A DNA stretch of 64,000 bases from Cyanobacteria bacterium P01_D01_bin.156 (GTDB lineage Bacteria; Cyanobacteriota; Cyanobacteriia; Phormidesmidales; Phormidesmidaceae): contig JBCCQQ010000003.1 of the NCBI GenBank assembly GCA_039024555.1, positions 140,615 through 204,614 on the forward strand. The letters are read 5' to 3'. Made by a program: the position numbers and the translations under genes. Every line of letters starts with the position of its first letter. Position 1 is the first letter of the stretch. The notes below the pieces were generated by a model, which saw nothing but the letters and a program-made list of their open reading frames with translations, did no database searches and was not told the origin of the DNA. This document shows, piece by piece, positions 11,244 to 21,779 of this stretch.

Positions 11244-11606
11244 ATGAAAGCAATTTTGACTGCAATCCTGGCGATCGCTGCCAGTGTACTATTTGTATTG
11301 CCTGCCTTTGCAGCTGATGACTACATCGGTGATGTAGCTGCTGGAGAGAAAGTTTTTGAGAAAAACTGTGCCACATGCCACGCAGGTGGCAACAACGCCA
11401 TTATTTCCTCTCAAACGCTAAAGCAAGAAGCGCTCGAGCAGTATTTATTCAACTATCGCCTTGAGCATAATGTAGAAGCAATTGAGTATCAGGTAGCAAA
11501 CGGACGAGGAGCAATGCCTGCTTTTCAAGGACGTATTCGTGACAAGGATATTGCTGATGTAGCAGCTTACGTAAAAGCTCAATCTGAAAGTGGTTGGCCC
11601 GAATAA
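11244..11606 (+). CDS. petJ: Cytochrome c6
   Basis: Signal peptide (PAFA), CATCH haem motif, YQVANG.GAMPAF with axial Met. Confidence 0.88.
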   Translation: MKAILTAILAIAASVLFVLPAFAADDYIGDVAAGEKVFEKNCATCHAGGNNAIISSQTLKQEALEQYLFNYRLEHNVEAIEYQVANGRGAMPAFQGRIRDKDIADVAAYVKAQSESGWPE

Positions 11607-11608
11607 TA

Positions 11609-11643
11609 AGTTCGGAGTTCAGAATTTAGAAGTCGGAATTTAG
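11609..11643 (+). repeat. Degenerate heptamer tandem repeat (STRR-like)
   Basis: AGTTCGG AGTTCAG AATTTAG AAGTCGG AATTTAG; inverted related copy at about 11765-11786. Confidence 0.65.
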
Positions 11644-11661
11644 GAAAAAGCCCCATCATAA

Positions 11662-11691
11662 AAAGAGTGCTGAGTATATTCAGCACTCTTT
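11662..11691. terminator. Bidirectional intrinsic terminator between petJ and ndhE
   Basis: AAAGAGTGCTGA-GTATAT-TCAGCACTCTTT hairpin between convergent genes. Confidence 0.75.
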
Positions 11692-11794
11692 CTATTGTAT
11701 AAATTTCGTCACCTGTATTTTCAAACCATTGATGCGTGCCGTAAAAGAGCTAGGTAAATTTTCACCTTCCGCATTCCGACTTCCAAGTTGTCCT

Positions 11795-12100
11795 CTACCA
11801 CTTCAACAAATTGAACTGTTCCATATCGACCGTGTCGCGATTTCGATAAATCGAAAGCACAATTGCCAGACCTACAGCCGCTTCAGCAGCCGCAATGGTA
11901 ATCACAAACACAGCAAATACCTGTCCCTTGATTTCAGCAGGGTCCAAATAATTGGAAAACGCCATCAAGTTTAGGTTAACCGCATTTAGCATCAGCTCAA
12001 TAGACATCAATACACGGATCACATTGCGACTCGTGACTAAGCCATAAATACCCACACAAAACAGGGCAGCAGCAAGAATCAAAAAATACTCTAGTTGCAT
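11795..12100 (-). CDS. ndhE: NDH-1 subunit NdhE (NuoK)
   Basis: MQLEYFL..., [31 protein letters not shown]. Confidence 0.97.
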   Translation of the reverse strand: MQLEYFLILAAALFCVGIYGLVTSRNVIRVLMSIELMLNAVNLNLMAFSNYLDPAEIKGQVFAVFVITIAAAEAAVGLAIVLSIYRNRDTVDMEQFNLLKW

Positions 12101-12143
12101 AACTTACCTAACGTTTTCACTGAAAAGCTGAATAGAAATTACT

Positions 12144-12752
12144 TTAGCTATCCTGAGCATCTGTAGCAGCTGGAACAAGCTCGCGAGGGCGTTCCCGCAA
12201 AGTTAGGACCTTCTGCTCATTATCTGGCTCTTCATCAGGCACATATTCACGGCGAGCCAAAATAATTGCCCCTACTAAAGCCATCAGCAGTAGAACCGAA
12301 GCCAGCTCAAACGGTAGCAGAAAATCACTAAAGAAATGCATGCCGATTATCTCAATAGCTGCTTCACCCGCTGGAGCAGCGGATGACAGTTGCCATGGGG
12401 TAGCCAGCACCATAGAACTCAACAAACTGAACAACCCTAGACAAACTAATGCCGTAGCGACTTTACCAATCCAAGCATTCGCAACTGGCTGAAAATCTTC
12501 TCGCTTATTCACCAGCATGATGCCAAACAGGATCAAAATATTGACCGCACCTACATAAACCAAGACCTGCGCTGACGCCACAAAGCCTGCATTCAGTAGA
12601 ATATACAGCCCTGAAATGCTGATAAAGACCATTGCCAGCAAAAAGGCTGAATAAACAATGTTAGAAAGCAACACCACACCTAGGGCGGCTGCCAGCATCA
12701 AGACACCAAGAATGCCAAGGGAAACAAGTTGTACGCCTTCTGCTAAGTTCAC
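12144..12752 (-). CDS. ndhG: NDH-1 subunit NdhG (NuoJ)
   Basis: MNLAEGVQ, QVLVYVGAVNIL, FLLPFELASVLLL. Confidence 0.96.
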   Translation of the reverse strand: MNLAEGVQLVSLGILGVLMLAAALGVVLLSNIVYSAFLLAMVFISISGLYILLNAGFVASAQVLVYVGAVNILILFGIMLVNKREDFQPVANAWIGKVATALVCLGLFSLLSSMVLATPWQLSSAAPAGEAAIEIIGMHFFSDFLLPFELASVLLLMALVGAIILARREYVPDEEPDNEQKVLTLRERPRELVPAATDAQDS

Positions 12753-12833
12753 TACTACTCCAATCGTTTAAGCGTCTACATAAGCTCAAGGGTCATCATT
12801 AACCCTGCACCAATTATTAAAGCCAATAAAGAC

Positions 12834-13454
12834 TTAATCGCTAGCTTTTTCTTCCGATTTACTTGATTTAGAAGATTCTAGATCTTCCAAGATCTCTTGG
12901 GGTAGTTTACCAGCGCGACGGGACCCTTCAGGTAATTCATGGGGATCCATCACACCTTTAGGCAAATAAGCCAGTTCACGCATAGGCGTCACCATTGGAT
13001 CGTCAGTAACCTTATAAGGTAGACGTCCCAAAGCTACGTTGTCATAGTTCAGCTCATGACGGTCGTAAGCAGCCAGCTCATATTCTTCCGTCATAGAAAG
13101 ACAGTTGGTGGGACAATACTCCACACAATTGCCACAGAAGATACAAACTCCAAAGTCAATGCTGTAATGATCTAAAGTTTTTTTCTTAGTCGCCTTATCA
13201 AAGGTCCAGTCAACTACCGGCAAATTAATAGGACAAACACGAACACAAACTTCACACGAAATACACTTATCAAATTCAAAGTGAATGCGACCACGATAAC
13301 GCTCAGATGGAATCAGCTTCTCGTAAGGATATTGCACCGTCACAGGACGACGCTTCATATGGTCAAAGGTCACCGATAAACCTTGGCCAATATACTTGGC
13401 AGCTTGGACGGTTTCCTTGGCGTAATCGCCAACTTGCTTGAGAAAGTTGAGCAT
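12834..13454 (-). CDS. ndhI: NDH-1 subunit NdhI
   Basis: Two CxxCxxCxxxCP 4Fe-4S motifs, QYPYEK; ATG 13454. Confidence 0.97.
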   Translation of the reverse strand: MLNFLKQVGDYAKETVQAAKYIGQGLSVTFDHMKRRPVTVQYPYEKLIPSERYRGRIHFEFDKCISCEVCVRVCPINLPVVDWTFDKATKKKTLDHYSIDFGVCIFCGNCVEYCPTNCLSMTEEYELAAYDRHELNYDNVALGRLPYKVTDDPMVTPMRELAYLPKGVMDPHELPEGSRRAGKLPQEILEDLESSKSSKSEEKASD

Positions 13455-13458
13455 GGTT

Positions 13459-14577
13459 TTACCCTCCAAACGCAAATGGGAATGCGAGCTTGAGTGCAGC
13501 TGTCAGTAAAAGATTTACTAACGCAACTGGCAACAAAAACTTCCAACCTAAATCGAGTAGCTGGTCGATGCGCACCCGAGGTACGGTCCAACGCAACAGA
13601 ACAGCCAAGAAGACTAAAAAGTAAGCCTTGATCAAGGTCATCACGATGCCAAGAGCAGCAGTAATAACCTGTACCCAAGGTGTGGTTTCACTAATACCCA
13701 AACCACCAGCTATCCATTCAACGGGAATGGGAAAACTCCATCCCCCCAGATATAGAACCGAAACTAGCATTGCCGACAGGACCAGGTTGACGTAGGACCC
13801 CACATAAAAGAGGCCAAACTTCATACCGCCATACTCGGTCTGGTATCCAGCAACGATTTCTTCCTCTGCTTCAGGCAAATCGAAGGGAAGACGCTCACAT
13901 TCTGCCAGAGCTGCAATCCAAAAGAGGACAAATCCAACCGGCTGCCGCCAGATGTTCCAACTCAGGATGCCGTATCCTGCCTGCTGATTAACGATATCAA
14001 TGGTACTCAGACTATTGGACATCATCACAATAGCCAGTACAGCTAAGGCTAAGGGAATCTCATAACTGATGGACTGGGCCGTAGCGCGTAATCCACCCAA
14101 CAAGGAGTATTTATTGTTGGAAGAATACCCAGACATCAAGAGCCCAATAGGGGTCACACTAGAAAGGGCAATCCACAGAAAAATGCCCACGCCTAAATCA
14201 GTGATCACCATATTCTGCCCGAAGGGCACCACAAGATAGGAGACAAACACTGGAATAACCACCAGGGCAGGCCCTAACGTAAAGAGAATTGGATCGGCCT
14301 GAGCGGGATTAATGTCTTCTTTGAAAATCAGTTTCACACCGTCAGCAGTTGCCTGTAGTGCACCTAGAGGACCCACATATTCAGGACCAATTCGCTGCTG
14401 GGCAGCCGCAGAAACCTTTCTTTCTAGCCAGACTGCAATAAAGATACTAACGGTAGCCGCGATTAGAATCAGGGCCATAGGCAGTGGCATCCACACTACC
14501 TTGGCAACTCCTGGAGGTACCCCTAAAGAAACGAGTATTTCAATAAAACTCCCTTGTAGGTCGATTCCAGAACTCAT
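13459..14577 (-). CDS. ndhA: NDH-1 subunit NdhA (NuoH)
   Basis: [42 protein letters not shown] 14577. Confidence 0.97.
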   Translation of the reverse strand: MSSGIDLQGSFIEILVSLGVPPGVAKVVWMPLPMALILIAATVSIFIAVWLERKVSAAAQQRIGPEYVGPLGALQATADGVKLIFKEDINPAQADPILFTLGPALVVIPVFVSYLVVPFGQNMVITDLGVGIFLWIALSSVTPIGLLMSGYSSNNKYSLLGGLRATAQSISYEIPLALAVLAIVMMSNSLSTIDIVNQQAGYGILSWNIWRQPVGFVLFWIAALAECERLPFDLPEAEEEIVAGYQTEYGGMKFGLFYVGSYVNLVLSAMLVSVLYLGGWSFPIPVEWIAGGLGISETTPWVQVITAALGIVMTLIKAYFLVFLAVLLRWTVPRVRIDQLLDLGWKFLLPVALVNLLLTAALKLAFPFAFGG

Positions 14578-14732
14578 ACTCAATACGTATAAACAAATTG
14601 GAGGGCCAAGTTAGATGTTCCTAACCAAATTCCCTAATGATTTTAACGCTTAATATGTCTTCAAAGGTGAAATCCAGACATCACAGTAATAGGAATTACT
14701 ACTTATGTGTCATAGATAACCGGAATTCATAC

Positions 14733-14763
14733 AAAAACCCCCTCCGATATGCATCGGAGGGGG
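14733..14763 (-). terminator. Intrinsic terminator downstream of gltA
   Basis: CCCCCTCCGAT-ATGC-ATCGGAGGGGG hairpin with a U-tract on the minus strand. Confidence 0.75.
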
Positions 14764-14859
14764 CTGGAGTTCCTGAAAATCGTCACTGACATTAGTCTCG
14801 TTCGATTTCTCAGTATTGACAAGGGGGGTGATGCCCATCACAGGGGTAAGTATCCGGAT

Positions 14860-16053
14860 TTATACGGAGACATTGCTGGTAGTGTTAGGGGTTGGCACCT
14901 GCTTATCCCAAAGCTGTAGGCGCTCTGCAATATTGATATAGGGCTGCTCATGGGGGCCTGTATAAATTTGTGTGGGTCGAAAAATTCGATTTTCGGCTAG
15001 CTGTTCTTTCCAATGGGCTAACCAGCCAGCTACCCGTGCGATCGCAAAGATTGGTGTAAACAAATCCGTGGGAATTCCTAATTTGCGATAAACCAAACCA
15101 GAATAAAAGTCCACATTAGGGTAAACCCCCTTTGAACCAAGGCGCTCAGTAACCGCTGTTTCTAACTCTAGTGCGATCGCATAATATTCATCCTGACCAA
15201 ACTTTTCAAAGAGTTGTTCAGCTAACCCCTGCAAAATCACAGCTCGAGGGTCTTTAACTTTATACACTCGATGACCAAATCCCATAATCTTAGATTTACT
15301 CGCCATGCGCTTCTCAACATAGGGACGCACATTTTCCACAGAGCCAATCTCTTGAAGCATCGCAATAACTTCTTCATTGGCGCCACCATGGAGCGGTCCC
15401 GCTAATGTACCGACCGCTGAAGCTACAACCGCATAGGGATCCGTCAGCGTAGACGCGGTCACCATGGCAGAAAATGTAGACGCATTAATGGTGTGTTCAG
15501 CATGCAGCGTCAGACACACATCAAAAATACGCGCCGCTAGTGGATCAGGTTCTTCTTCATTGAGCATGTATAGGAAGTTAGCCGCATAGTCTAAATCATC
15601 GCGAGGTTGCACCGGGTCATTACCCTGACGCATCAGTTTAAATGCCGCTACCATCGTGGGGATTTTAGCGAGTAACCGCACTACAGCCGCTTGAATATAC
15701 GCAGGATTTTCCAAAGCACGGCGAGAATAAAATAGACCTAACGCCGCTGCACAAGCTTGGAGCGCATCCATCGGGTGACCACTTTCAGGAAAGCACTTCA
15801 TCATGTCGCGGATACGATATTTCAACCTGCGATGGTGCTGAATTTCGTCCTTAAATACGTCCAGCTCCTGTTTAGTCGGTAGGCCACCCCAAATCAGTAG
15901 ATAGGCCGTTTCCAAAAATGTGCTTTTTTGAGCCAGTTCCTCGATGCGAATGCCTCGGTACTCTAAAATCCCGTCATTCCCATCAACAAAGCTGATACTA
16001 GATTCTGTCGCAGGAATCCCCTCTAAACCAGGGCGATATTCGCATAGGGTCAT
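14860..16053 (-). CDS. gltA: Citrate synthase
   Basis: HAEHTINAST, GPLHGGANE, MGFGHRVYK, YPNVDFYSG; ATG 16053. Confidence 0.97.
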   Translation of the reverse strand: MTLCEYRPGLEGIPATESSISFVDGNDGILEYRGIRIEELAQKSTFLETAYLLIWGGLPTKQELDVFKDEIQHHRRLKYRIRDMMKCFPESGHPMDALQACAAALGLFYSRRALENPAYIQAAVVRLLAKIPTMVAAFKLMRQGNDPVQPRDDLDYAANFLYMLNEEEPDPLAARIFDVCLTLHAEHTINASTFSAMVTASTLTDPYAVVASAVGTLAGPLHGGANEEVIAMLQEIGSVENVRPYVEKRMASKSKIMGFGHRVYKVKDPRAVILQGLAEQLFEKFGQDEYYAIALELETAVTERLGSKGVYPNVDFYSGLVYRKLGIPTDLFTPIFAIARVAGWLAHWKEQLAENRIFRPTQIYTGPHEQPYINIAERLQLWDKQVPTPNTTSNVSV

Positions 16054-16189
16054 CTTCAATCGTCCGCATGCTGTGCTTGTTTATGTCTTAAGGATATCGA
16101 TAACTGAACTATTCACAAACAATCAAAAAAAATTGCCACCTCAGACTTTCTAAGCCGAGGCCTGCGGTGCGGAAAAACCAACACCCTCA

Positions 16190-16711
16190 CTACAGAATGA
16201 AGCGTGGCGGAGCTAACCAGAACAGATGGCTATTCCTCAATGGCTGATCGATCCTAGGAATATTGATGCCAATAATGCCCGCTTTTTTCAACGTCCATTG
16301 TTCGCCACTTTTGCCGTGAACTAGCTGCTGTGCCCAATGGCTGAGATCAGGCTCATGGCCGACTAAGGCGATTATTCGATATTCAATCTGCAGATTGCTG
16401 AACCAGCCCAACCAATCATCGATACTGCCACCTGGCGCCAAGGGATTAAAGACTTGATAAGTACTCACTAAACCGGCTTCGCATAAAATCTCGGCTGTTT
16501 GCACAGCTCGAACCAGGGGGCTTGTCAGTAAGGTATCGAAACGGATCCCAAACGTTGTTAGCCGTTTAGCAATTCTACGAGTTTTATCAATCCCTTTGTT
16601 CACCAAGGGCCTTTGTTCATCATCTTTATAGGTACCACGCTCTGCAGCAATGCCATGGCGAATAAAGTACACCTGCGTAAACGAAAGCTCATCAGCTTGG
16701 TGCTGCTGCAT
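16190..16711 (-). CDS. sixA: Phosphohistidine phosphatase SixA
   Basis: FIRHGIA, TSPLVRAVQTA, LVGHEP. Confidence 0.93.
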   Translation of the reverse strand: MQQHQADELSFTQVYFIRHGIAAERGTYKDDEQRPLVNKGIDKTRRIAKRLTTFGIRFDTLLTSPLVRAVQTAEILCEAGLVSTYQVFNPLAPGGSIDDWLGWFSNLQIEYRIIALVGHEPDLSHWAQQLVHGKSGEQWTLKKAGIIGINIPRIDQPLRNSHLFWLAPPRFIL

Positions 16712-16741
16712 CGTAAATTACCACTTCAAAGTCTAAATTCC

Positions 16742-17917
16742 TTAATCGGTGTTGATCACACCATCTTCTGGATTAATCAGCTTCAATAGCTTTTGCTTAA
16801 TTTGCACATCAAACACTTCCCATTTGAGGCGATTATAATCGCCATTTTCATAAAATCCCGATAAGAAACCCACAGGAACTTCAAAGCCACCAGCCATGGA
16901 GCGGCCACCCCCAAAAAACCTGCCCTGCTCGTCTTGGCCGAAGGCTTCTTTAATAAATTCGTCAGGATCGAGGGTTATTTTGCTGGTGCGCAAAGAACCA
17001 ATTACCACCTCACGTTCATCGTCCTCATCATGGACAATGCCGTAAACAACAGCCGTGTGGACATCCTCTTCAGTCAGTAAAAAGTCAGTTGCCTGAGGAA
17101 TAGCATCACGATCTTCGTAACGCAAATAGCCAACACCCGCAATGGAGACACTATTCTGGATTTTACGATTGCGTAATGAACGCTCGATAACATCCATGGC
17201 TCGCTTTGAGCGCGATGCTTGCAAAATAGCGCTGAGGAGCTGCGCATCATAGTACTGACTTAAATAAGCGGCCGCCAAAAAGTCCGCTTCAGCAGCTTGC
17301 ATTAAATGACCAGTGTCAGATCGTAAGCCATGCATCAACGCCGTTGCACACTTAACATGTTTGCTATTGCTGCGATCTAAATCTAACAGTCCTGATTGCA
17401 GATACTCAGTCAATATCGTTGCTGTAGCTCGAGTATCTGGACGAATATCCGCAAATTCTGCCTTCGGAGTATCCTGCAGTTTATGGTGATCTATCACCAC
17501 TAACAAAGGAATATCAGCTGTATTCACCCGATCCAGCAGCTGACTTGTAGTCCCCTGGGTATCAATTAAGACATAACCTGCATACTGAGCGATGTCTGGT
17601 GGTTTTTGATTAGACCAACGCTTAGCAGGCAAATTGGTTAACTTAACCAGAGCAATATTTTCTTGATGGCTCAGGGTTCCTGAATAAAATATGTCGCAAT
17701 CTATATCGTATGTGGCAGCGATTAACTGATAGGCCCATGCTGCAGATAATGCATCAGGATCTGGAAAATCTTGTAGCAAAACCAGCTGCCGACTAGAGGC
17801 ATGGGTAATCAGTAAATGCTTAAGACCGGCAGCAGGACCATTACTCAAATCCATATCTGCTCGATAACTCATCTGGTTATGAGATTTCAGTAATATGTCT
17901 TGGGATGCCATACACAA
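16742..17917 (-). CDS. DHH family phosphoesterase (NrnA-like)
   Basis: PDPDA, IDT, IDHH, GLRSDT and GGG motifs. Confidence 0.88.
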   Translation of the reverse strand: MCMASQDILLKSHNQMSYRADMDLSNGPAAGLKHLLITHASSRQLVLLQDFPDPDALSAAWAYQLIAATYDIDCDIFYSGTLSHQENIALVKLTNLPAKRWSNQKPPDIAQYAGYVLIDTQGTTSQLLDRVNTADIPLLVVIDHHKLQDTPKAEFADIRPDTRATATILTEYLQSGLLDLDRSNSKHVKCATALMHGLRSDTGHLMQAAEADFLAAAYLSQYYDAQLLSAILQASRSKRAMDVIERSLRNRKIQNSVSIAGVGYLRYEDRDAIPQATDFLLTEEDVHTAVVYGIVHDEDDEREVVIGSLRTSKITLDPDEFIKEAFGQDEQGRFFGGGRSMAGGFEVPVGFLSGFYENGDYNRLKWEVFDVQIKQKLLKLINPEDGVINTD

Positions 17918-17969
17918 ATGCAGTTAAAAGTGGAAATTAGAAGGCTGTAAGAAAGAAATCGGTATTGGC

Positions 17970-18473
17970 TCACCCAGTCAAACCAATTACATACTTACGC
18001 CATTCCTTATGAGCATCTCCACGGGTATGACGTGCAATCTCAAAATAAAGACTACTATGGGGTTTACGTGGTGTAATACGCAATGGCATTTTGGCCTCTT
18101 TAGGTGTGCGGTTCCCCTTTTTTACATTGCAGCGGACACAAGCAGAGACCATGTTTTCCCAAAGATCTTTACCACCACGAGAACGGGGAATGACATGATC
18201 AAGTGTCAGGCCATCACCTGCATAACCACAATACTGGCAGGTATGATTATCGCGATACAACAGATTGCGCCGGGTTAGAGGAATTTCCTTATACGGTATA
18301 CGCACATAGTGACGTAGACGAATTACTGTAGGCAAAGGAAAATTCGTATAGATAACCCGCCCGTTGTGCTCTACGGTTTCAGCTTTACCCTTAATAATCA
18401 ACACGATAGCTCTTCGCCAGCTAGTGATATTTAAGGGCTCATAGGAAGCATTTAGAACCAGAACCTTACTCAT
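17970..18473 (-). CDS. HNH endonuclease (conserved McrA-like family)
   Basis: VLVLNASYEPL, RD..CQYCG, TLDHVIPRSRGG..WEN...C.RCN.KKG. Confidence 0.92.
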   Translation of the reverse strand: MSKVLVLNASYEPLNITSWRRAIVLIIKGKAETVEHNGRVIYTNFPLPTVIRLRHYVRIPYKEIPLTRRNLLYRDNHTCQYCGYAGDGLTLDHVIPRSRGGKDLWENMVSACVRCNVKKGNRTPKEAKMPLRITPRKPHSSLYFEIARHTRGDAHKEWRKYVIGLTG

Positions 18474-18577
18474 TGAGGTTCAATTTAGGAGTTGTGCCTT
18501 GATACTAGCACAGGTAACCAAAAGGCCTTGGCAATTGCGATACTGTGCTGTAAATACCGTGTGAAAGGAGAAGCACC

Positions 18578-19780
18578 ATGCTGAGCTGGGACGATACACC
18601 AAGTATTTCAGCCATGCGTTGCTCAAGGGCTTGGGTTGAGATTAATTTGGCGGCCATTAGCCACAACGTGCATCAATTCCGTCGACTACTAAAGCCGACG
18701 ACAGAGCTTATGGCAGTTGTAAAAGCAGATGCCTACGGCCATGGAGCTGTGAATGTAGCCCAAACATCACTGCAGGCAGGCGCTACTTGGTTGGGCGTAG
18801 CGACTGTGCCGGAAGGGATTGAGCTACGACAGGCTGGTATTCAGGCACCTATCTTAGTGATGGGAGCCCTACATCATGGGGAAGAGGTGCAAGCGTTAGC
18901 TCGATGGCAGTTGCAACCAACTATTGTTACCCCCAAGCAAGCCCTTGTCTTTGCTGAGGCTCTGAGTGATGCCTACTTGCCATTGCCAGTCCACATCAAA
19001 CTAGATACGGGCATGTCACGCCTAGGGTTCGATTGGCAACGAGCCTTAGAGTTCGTAGAGTTTGTTAGCGGGTTGCCAGCCCTCAAAATAACCAGTTTGT
19101 ATTCACACTTTGCCACAGCAGATGAAGCTGATGATTCAGAGATGCGTCGTCAGCATGAACGATTTGAACGTGCGATCGCCACCCTCAAACATCACAATCT
19201 TCTCCCCTCCCATCTGCACTTAGCCAATACAGCCGCCACTTTAACCGACGCAACGCATCTCCAATACGACATGGTCCGTGTAGGGTTAGGCATCTATGGC
19301 GTATCACCAGCCCCTCATCTGACATCTGTCCTGGATCTTCATCCTGCCTTAGAAGTTAAAGCACGTATTACCCATATCAAAAAAATTCAGGCAGGAGCAG
19401 GTGTCAGCTACGGCCACCGCTTTATTGCCCAGCAACCAATGACCATTGCGGTCGTCGGCATTGGCTATGCCGATGGCGTTCCCCGTTTACTCTCAAACCG
19501 ATTGCAAGCACTTATTGACCATCAGCTAGTGCGTCAGATTGGAGCTATCACTATGGACCAGCTAATGTTAGATATCTCCAACATGCCTGGACTTAAGGAA
19601 GGAGATATTGTCACCCTAATCGGCAGTAATACTGCTCATCAGCTCACCGCTGATGACTGGGCTGAAAGCATAGGAACAATCCCATGGGAAATCCTATGCG
19701 GATTTAAGCATCGACTACCGCGCATTATGCCAAGAAATCCATCAATAAAGCTTTACCCTGCTGAGGATAGCTTGCTATAA
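18578..19780 (+). CDS. alr: Alanine racemase
   Basis: AVVKADAYGHG PLP-Lys, HIKLDTGMSRLG, GYADG, MDQ. Confidence 0.96.
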   Translation: MLSWDDTPSISAMRCSRAWVEINLAAISHNVHQFRRLLKPTTELMAVVKADAYGHGAVNVAQTSLQAGATWLGVATVPEGIELRQAGIQAPILVMGALHHGEEVQALARWQLQPTIVTPKQALVFAEALSDAYLPLPVHIKLDTGMSRLGFDWQRALEFVEFVSGLPALKITSLYSHFATADEADDSEMRRQHERFERAIATLKHHNLLPSHLHLANTAATLTDATHLQYDMVRVGLGIYGVSPAPHLTSVLDLHPALEVKARITHIKKIQAGAGVSYGHRFIAQQPMTIAVVGIGYADGVPRLLSNRLQALIDHQLVRQIGAITMDQLMLDISNMPGLKEGDIVTLIGSNTAHQLTADDWAESIGTIPWEILCGFKHRLPRIMPRNPSIKLYPAEDSLL

Positions 19781-19781
19781 T
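19773..19781 (+). promoter_or_regulatory. Extended -10 promoter element for tRNA-Ser, overlapping the alr stop
   Basis: TGcTATAAT ending 15 bp upstream of the tRNA. Confidence 0.6.
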
Positions 19782-19796
19782 GCAGCTCTATTCATT

Positions 19797-19885
19797 GGAG
19801 AAGTGGCTGAGTGGTTGAAAGCGGCTCCCTGCTAAGGAGTTATAGGACGTAAGTTCTATCGAGGGTTCGAATCCCTCCTTCTCCG
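19797..19885 (+). tRNA. trnS: tRNA-Ser(GCT)
   Basis: GGAGAAG/CTTCTCC acceptor stem, CT-GCT-AA anticodon loop, long variable arm, GGTTCGAATCC T-loop; no encoded CCA. Confidence 0.97.
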
Positions 19886-19894
19886 TTTTACTAT

Positions 19895-20473
19895 TTATTT
19901 ATTGATACGCTCACGATTGGCGTTATGAACAGCCCAGAGCAGTCTCTCAGGGCTAGCATTGGTATGAGCAAATGAGAATAAGTGCTGAAATCTTAATCTA
20001 CCTGCTCGGTCAACTACAAACTGTGCCGGAAGCGGAGCACCTAACGCTTGACCAGTGCCATAGGCACGAAAACTGACACAGCCCGAATCCACCAGAAGTG
20101 GCATAGACAATCCCAGATCTCGCTGTACCGTTTTACTTTGACGTGAATCAGTACTAGTAATCATCAACACTTCTGCACCAAGTTGCTCAAATTGTTGATA
20201 GGTTTCCACCAGAGACACAATGTGGGGATAGCAGAATGGACAGTATTGCTTTTCCGTAAAAATTCGAGTGAATGCGATAACTACAACAGACTGATTACGA
20301 TAGCTCGATAAACGTACAGGCGCTCTTTGCCCTGCCACTGGCAGTTCAAAATCAGGCAAAACATCACCCACTCGAAACTTTGTTAGAGCAGGCAGGGGCA
20401 AAAAATTGTTGATAAAGCGCCGACTGATAACTCCACGAAAGTCCGTAGAGGTCAATTTAAAGGCAGTAACCAT
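19895..20473 (-). CDS. AhpC/TSA-family redoxin (peroxiredoxin-like)
   Basis: VGD.LPDFEL, CPFC motif, PAQFVVD. Confidence 0.85.
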   Translation of the reverse strand: MVTAFKLTSTDFRGVISRRFINNFLPLPALTKFRVGDVLPDFELPVAGQRAPVRLSSYRNQSVVVIAFTRIFTEKQYCPFCYPHIVSLVETYQQFEQLGAEVLMITSTDSRQSKTVQRDLGLSMPLLVDSGCVSFRAYGTGQALGAPLPAQFVVDRAGRLRFQHLFSFAHTNASPERLLWAVHNANRERINK

Positions 20474-20572
20474 AGGCCAGCGTAACGACTGATAGGGGCA
20501 TCAACCCAAAGAAAGGGATGTTATTACGATGTTATTACCCATCTACAATCAAGCATCACAATTGAGGAGCGA

Positions 20573-21178
20573 CTAGACCGACGCAAAAAAGTCCTTTGAT
20601 TTCACAGGATCAGGATTCATGGTTTTATCACCAGGCGTCCATCCAGCCGGACAGACCTCATCAGGATGAGACTGCACATGCTGTACTGCTTGCAAAACAC
20701 GCAATGTCTCATCCACACTACGACCAAAAGATAGGTTATTAATGGTGGCGTGCTGAACAACGCCCTCTTTATCAATTAGAAATAGGCCTCTCAACGCCAC
20801 ACCAGCCTCGGGTTCCAACACATTGTAGGCACTACTAATTTCTTTTTTGATATCCGACACCAGAGGATAAGCCAAATCTCCCAGGCCACCCGCCTTACGT
20901 TCGGTCTGAATCCAAGCAAGATGGGAAAATTCACTATCTACTGAAACTCCTAAAACTTCTGTTTTAAGGTCTTTAAACTCCGAATAGCGATCGCTAAAGG
21001 CAGTAATCTCAGTAGGGCAAACAAACGTAAAATCTAGCGGATAGAAAAACAACACCACATATTGACCACGATAGTCAGAAAGCTTGATCGTCTTGAACTC
21101 TTGATCAACAACGGCTGTTGCTGTGAAATCAGGGGCAAGTTGGCCAACGCGCAGGCATCCTTCCGCTAGATTACTCAT
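20573..21178 (-). CDS. 2-Cys peroxiredoxin
   Basis: [25 protein letters not shown]. Confidence 0.96.
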   Translation of the reverse strand: MSNLAEGCLRVGQLAPDFTATAVVDQEFKTIKLSDYRGQYVVLFFYPLDFTFVCPTEITAFSDRYSEFKDLKTEVLGVSVDSEFSHLAWIQTERKAGGLGDLAYPLVSDIKKEISSAYNVLEPEAGVALRGLFLIDKEGVVQHATINNLSFGRSVDETLRVLQAVQHVQSHPDEVCPAGWTPGDKTMNPDPVKSKDFFASV

Positions 21179-21371
21179 CCGTATGTCTCCAAAAACTTAG
21201 CTGACACTCAAATAGACTATGCAAGTCTATGGCTCTTGATTAACTAGAGCAATTCTCTGAAAGCAACTGTAAGTCTACATCAAGAGCACGCTAGAAGCCA
21301 CGAATATACGCATACAATTCATATGCGCAGCAGTTACAGAGGTTAGAGACTATTATTTCTATCTTTGAAAA

Positions 21372-21443
21372 TGGCTCAGACGTGATTTGAACACGTGACC
21401 AAGGGCTTATGAGTCCCCTGCTCTACCACTGAGCTACTGAGCC
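21372..21443 (-). tRNA. trnM: tRNA with CAT anticodon, probably elongator tRNA-Met
   Basis: Reverse complement GGCTCAGTAGCTCAGTGGTAGAGCAGGGGACTCATAAGCCCTTGGTCACGTGTTCAAATCACGTCTGAGCCA; paired 1-72, so not fMet; Met versus Ile2 assigned from recalled sequence type. Confidence 0.92.
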
Positions 21444-21715
21444 TTAAGACAGCCGATTGATGTTCAGCAACTAAATAAATCTATCACGAATTGTTGCGAA
21501 GCTACATAAGAAATACAGCTGCCTAGAAAGATCAATCTGCACTAAGGCACGGTTAAGAGATGACTGCACGGTTTAAGCTTGAAAAGCTCTTTAAAGCATG
21601 ATTGAAATCCACAAGGCCATGATTCTAATTTTTCACAGGCCCTAGTCACTGCGCCCCCATCGATTAATTTGAGCTTGCTACTAGAAAGAACTCACCCTAC
21701 TCAAAAAATCCGAAA

Positions 21716-21752
21716 AAATTGCCAAGCTGTCTAATAGACAGCTTGGCAATTT
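21716..21752 (-). terminator. Intrinsic terminator of the LysM/M23 gene
   Basis: AAATTGCCAAGCTGTCTA-A-TAGACAGCTTGGCAATTT perfect inverted repeat with an A-run on its left. Confidence 0.75.
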
Positions 21753-21779
21753 AAAGTATGCTCTATAAAACTAGTTTGC

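Noticed and set aside
17970..18473. HNH gene as a mobile homing endonuclease or defence nuclease
   Set aside because: It matches the widely conserved VLVLNASYEPL family, sits among housekeeping genes, and has no intron, methylase or repeats
19797..21443. tRNA genes as integration sites for an island or prophage
   Set aside because: No integrase and no duplicated tRNA 3' end seen in the window
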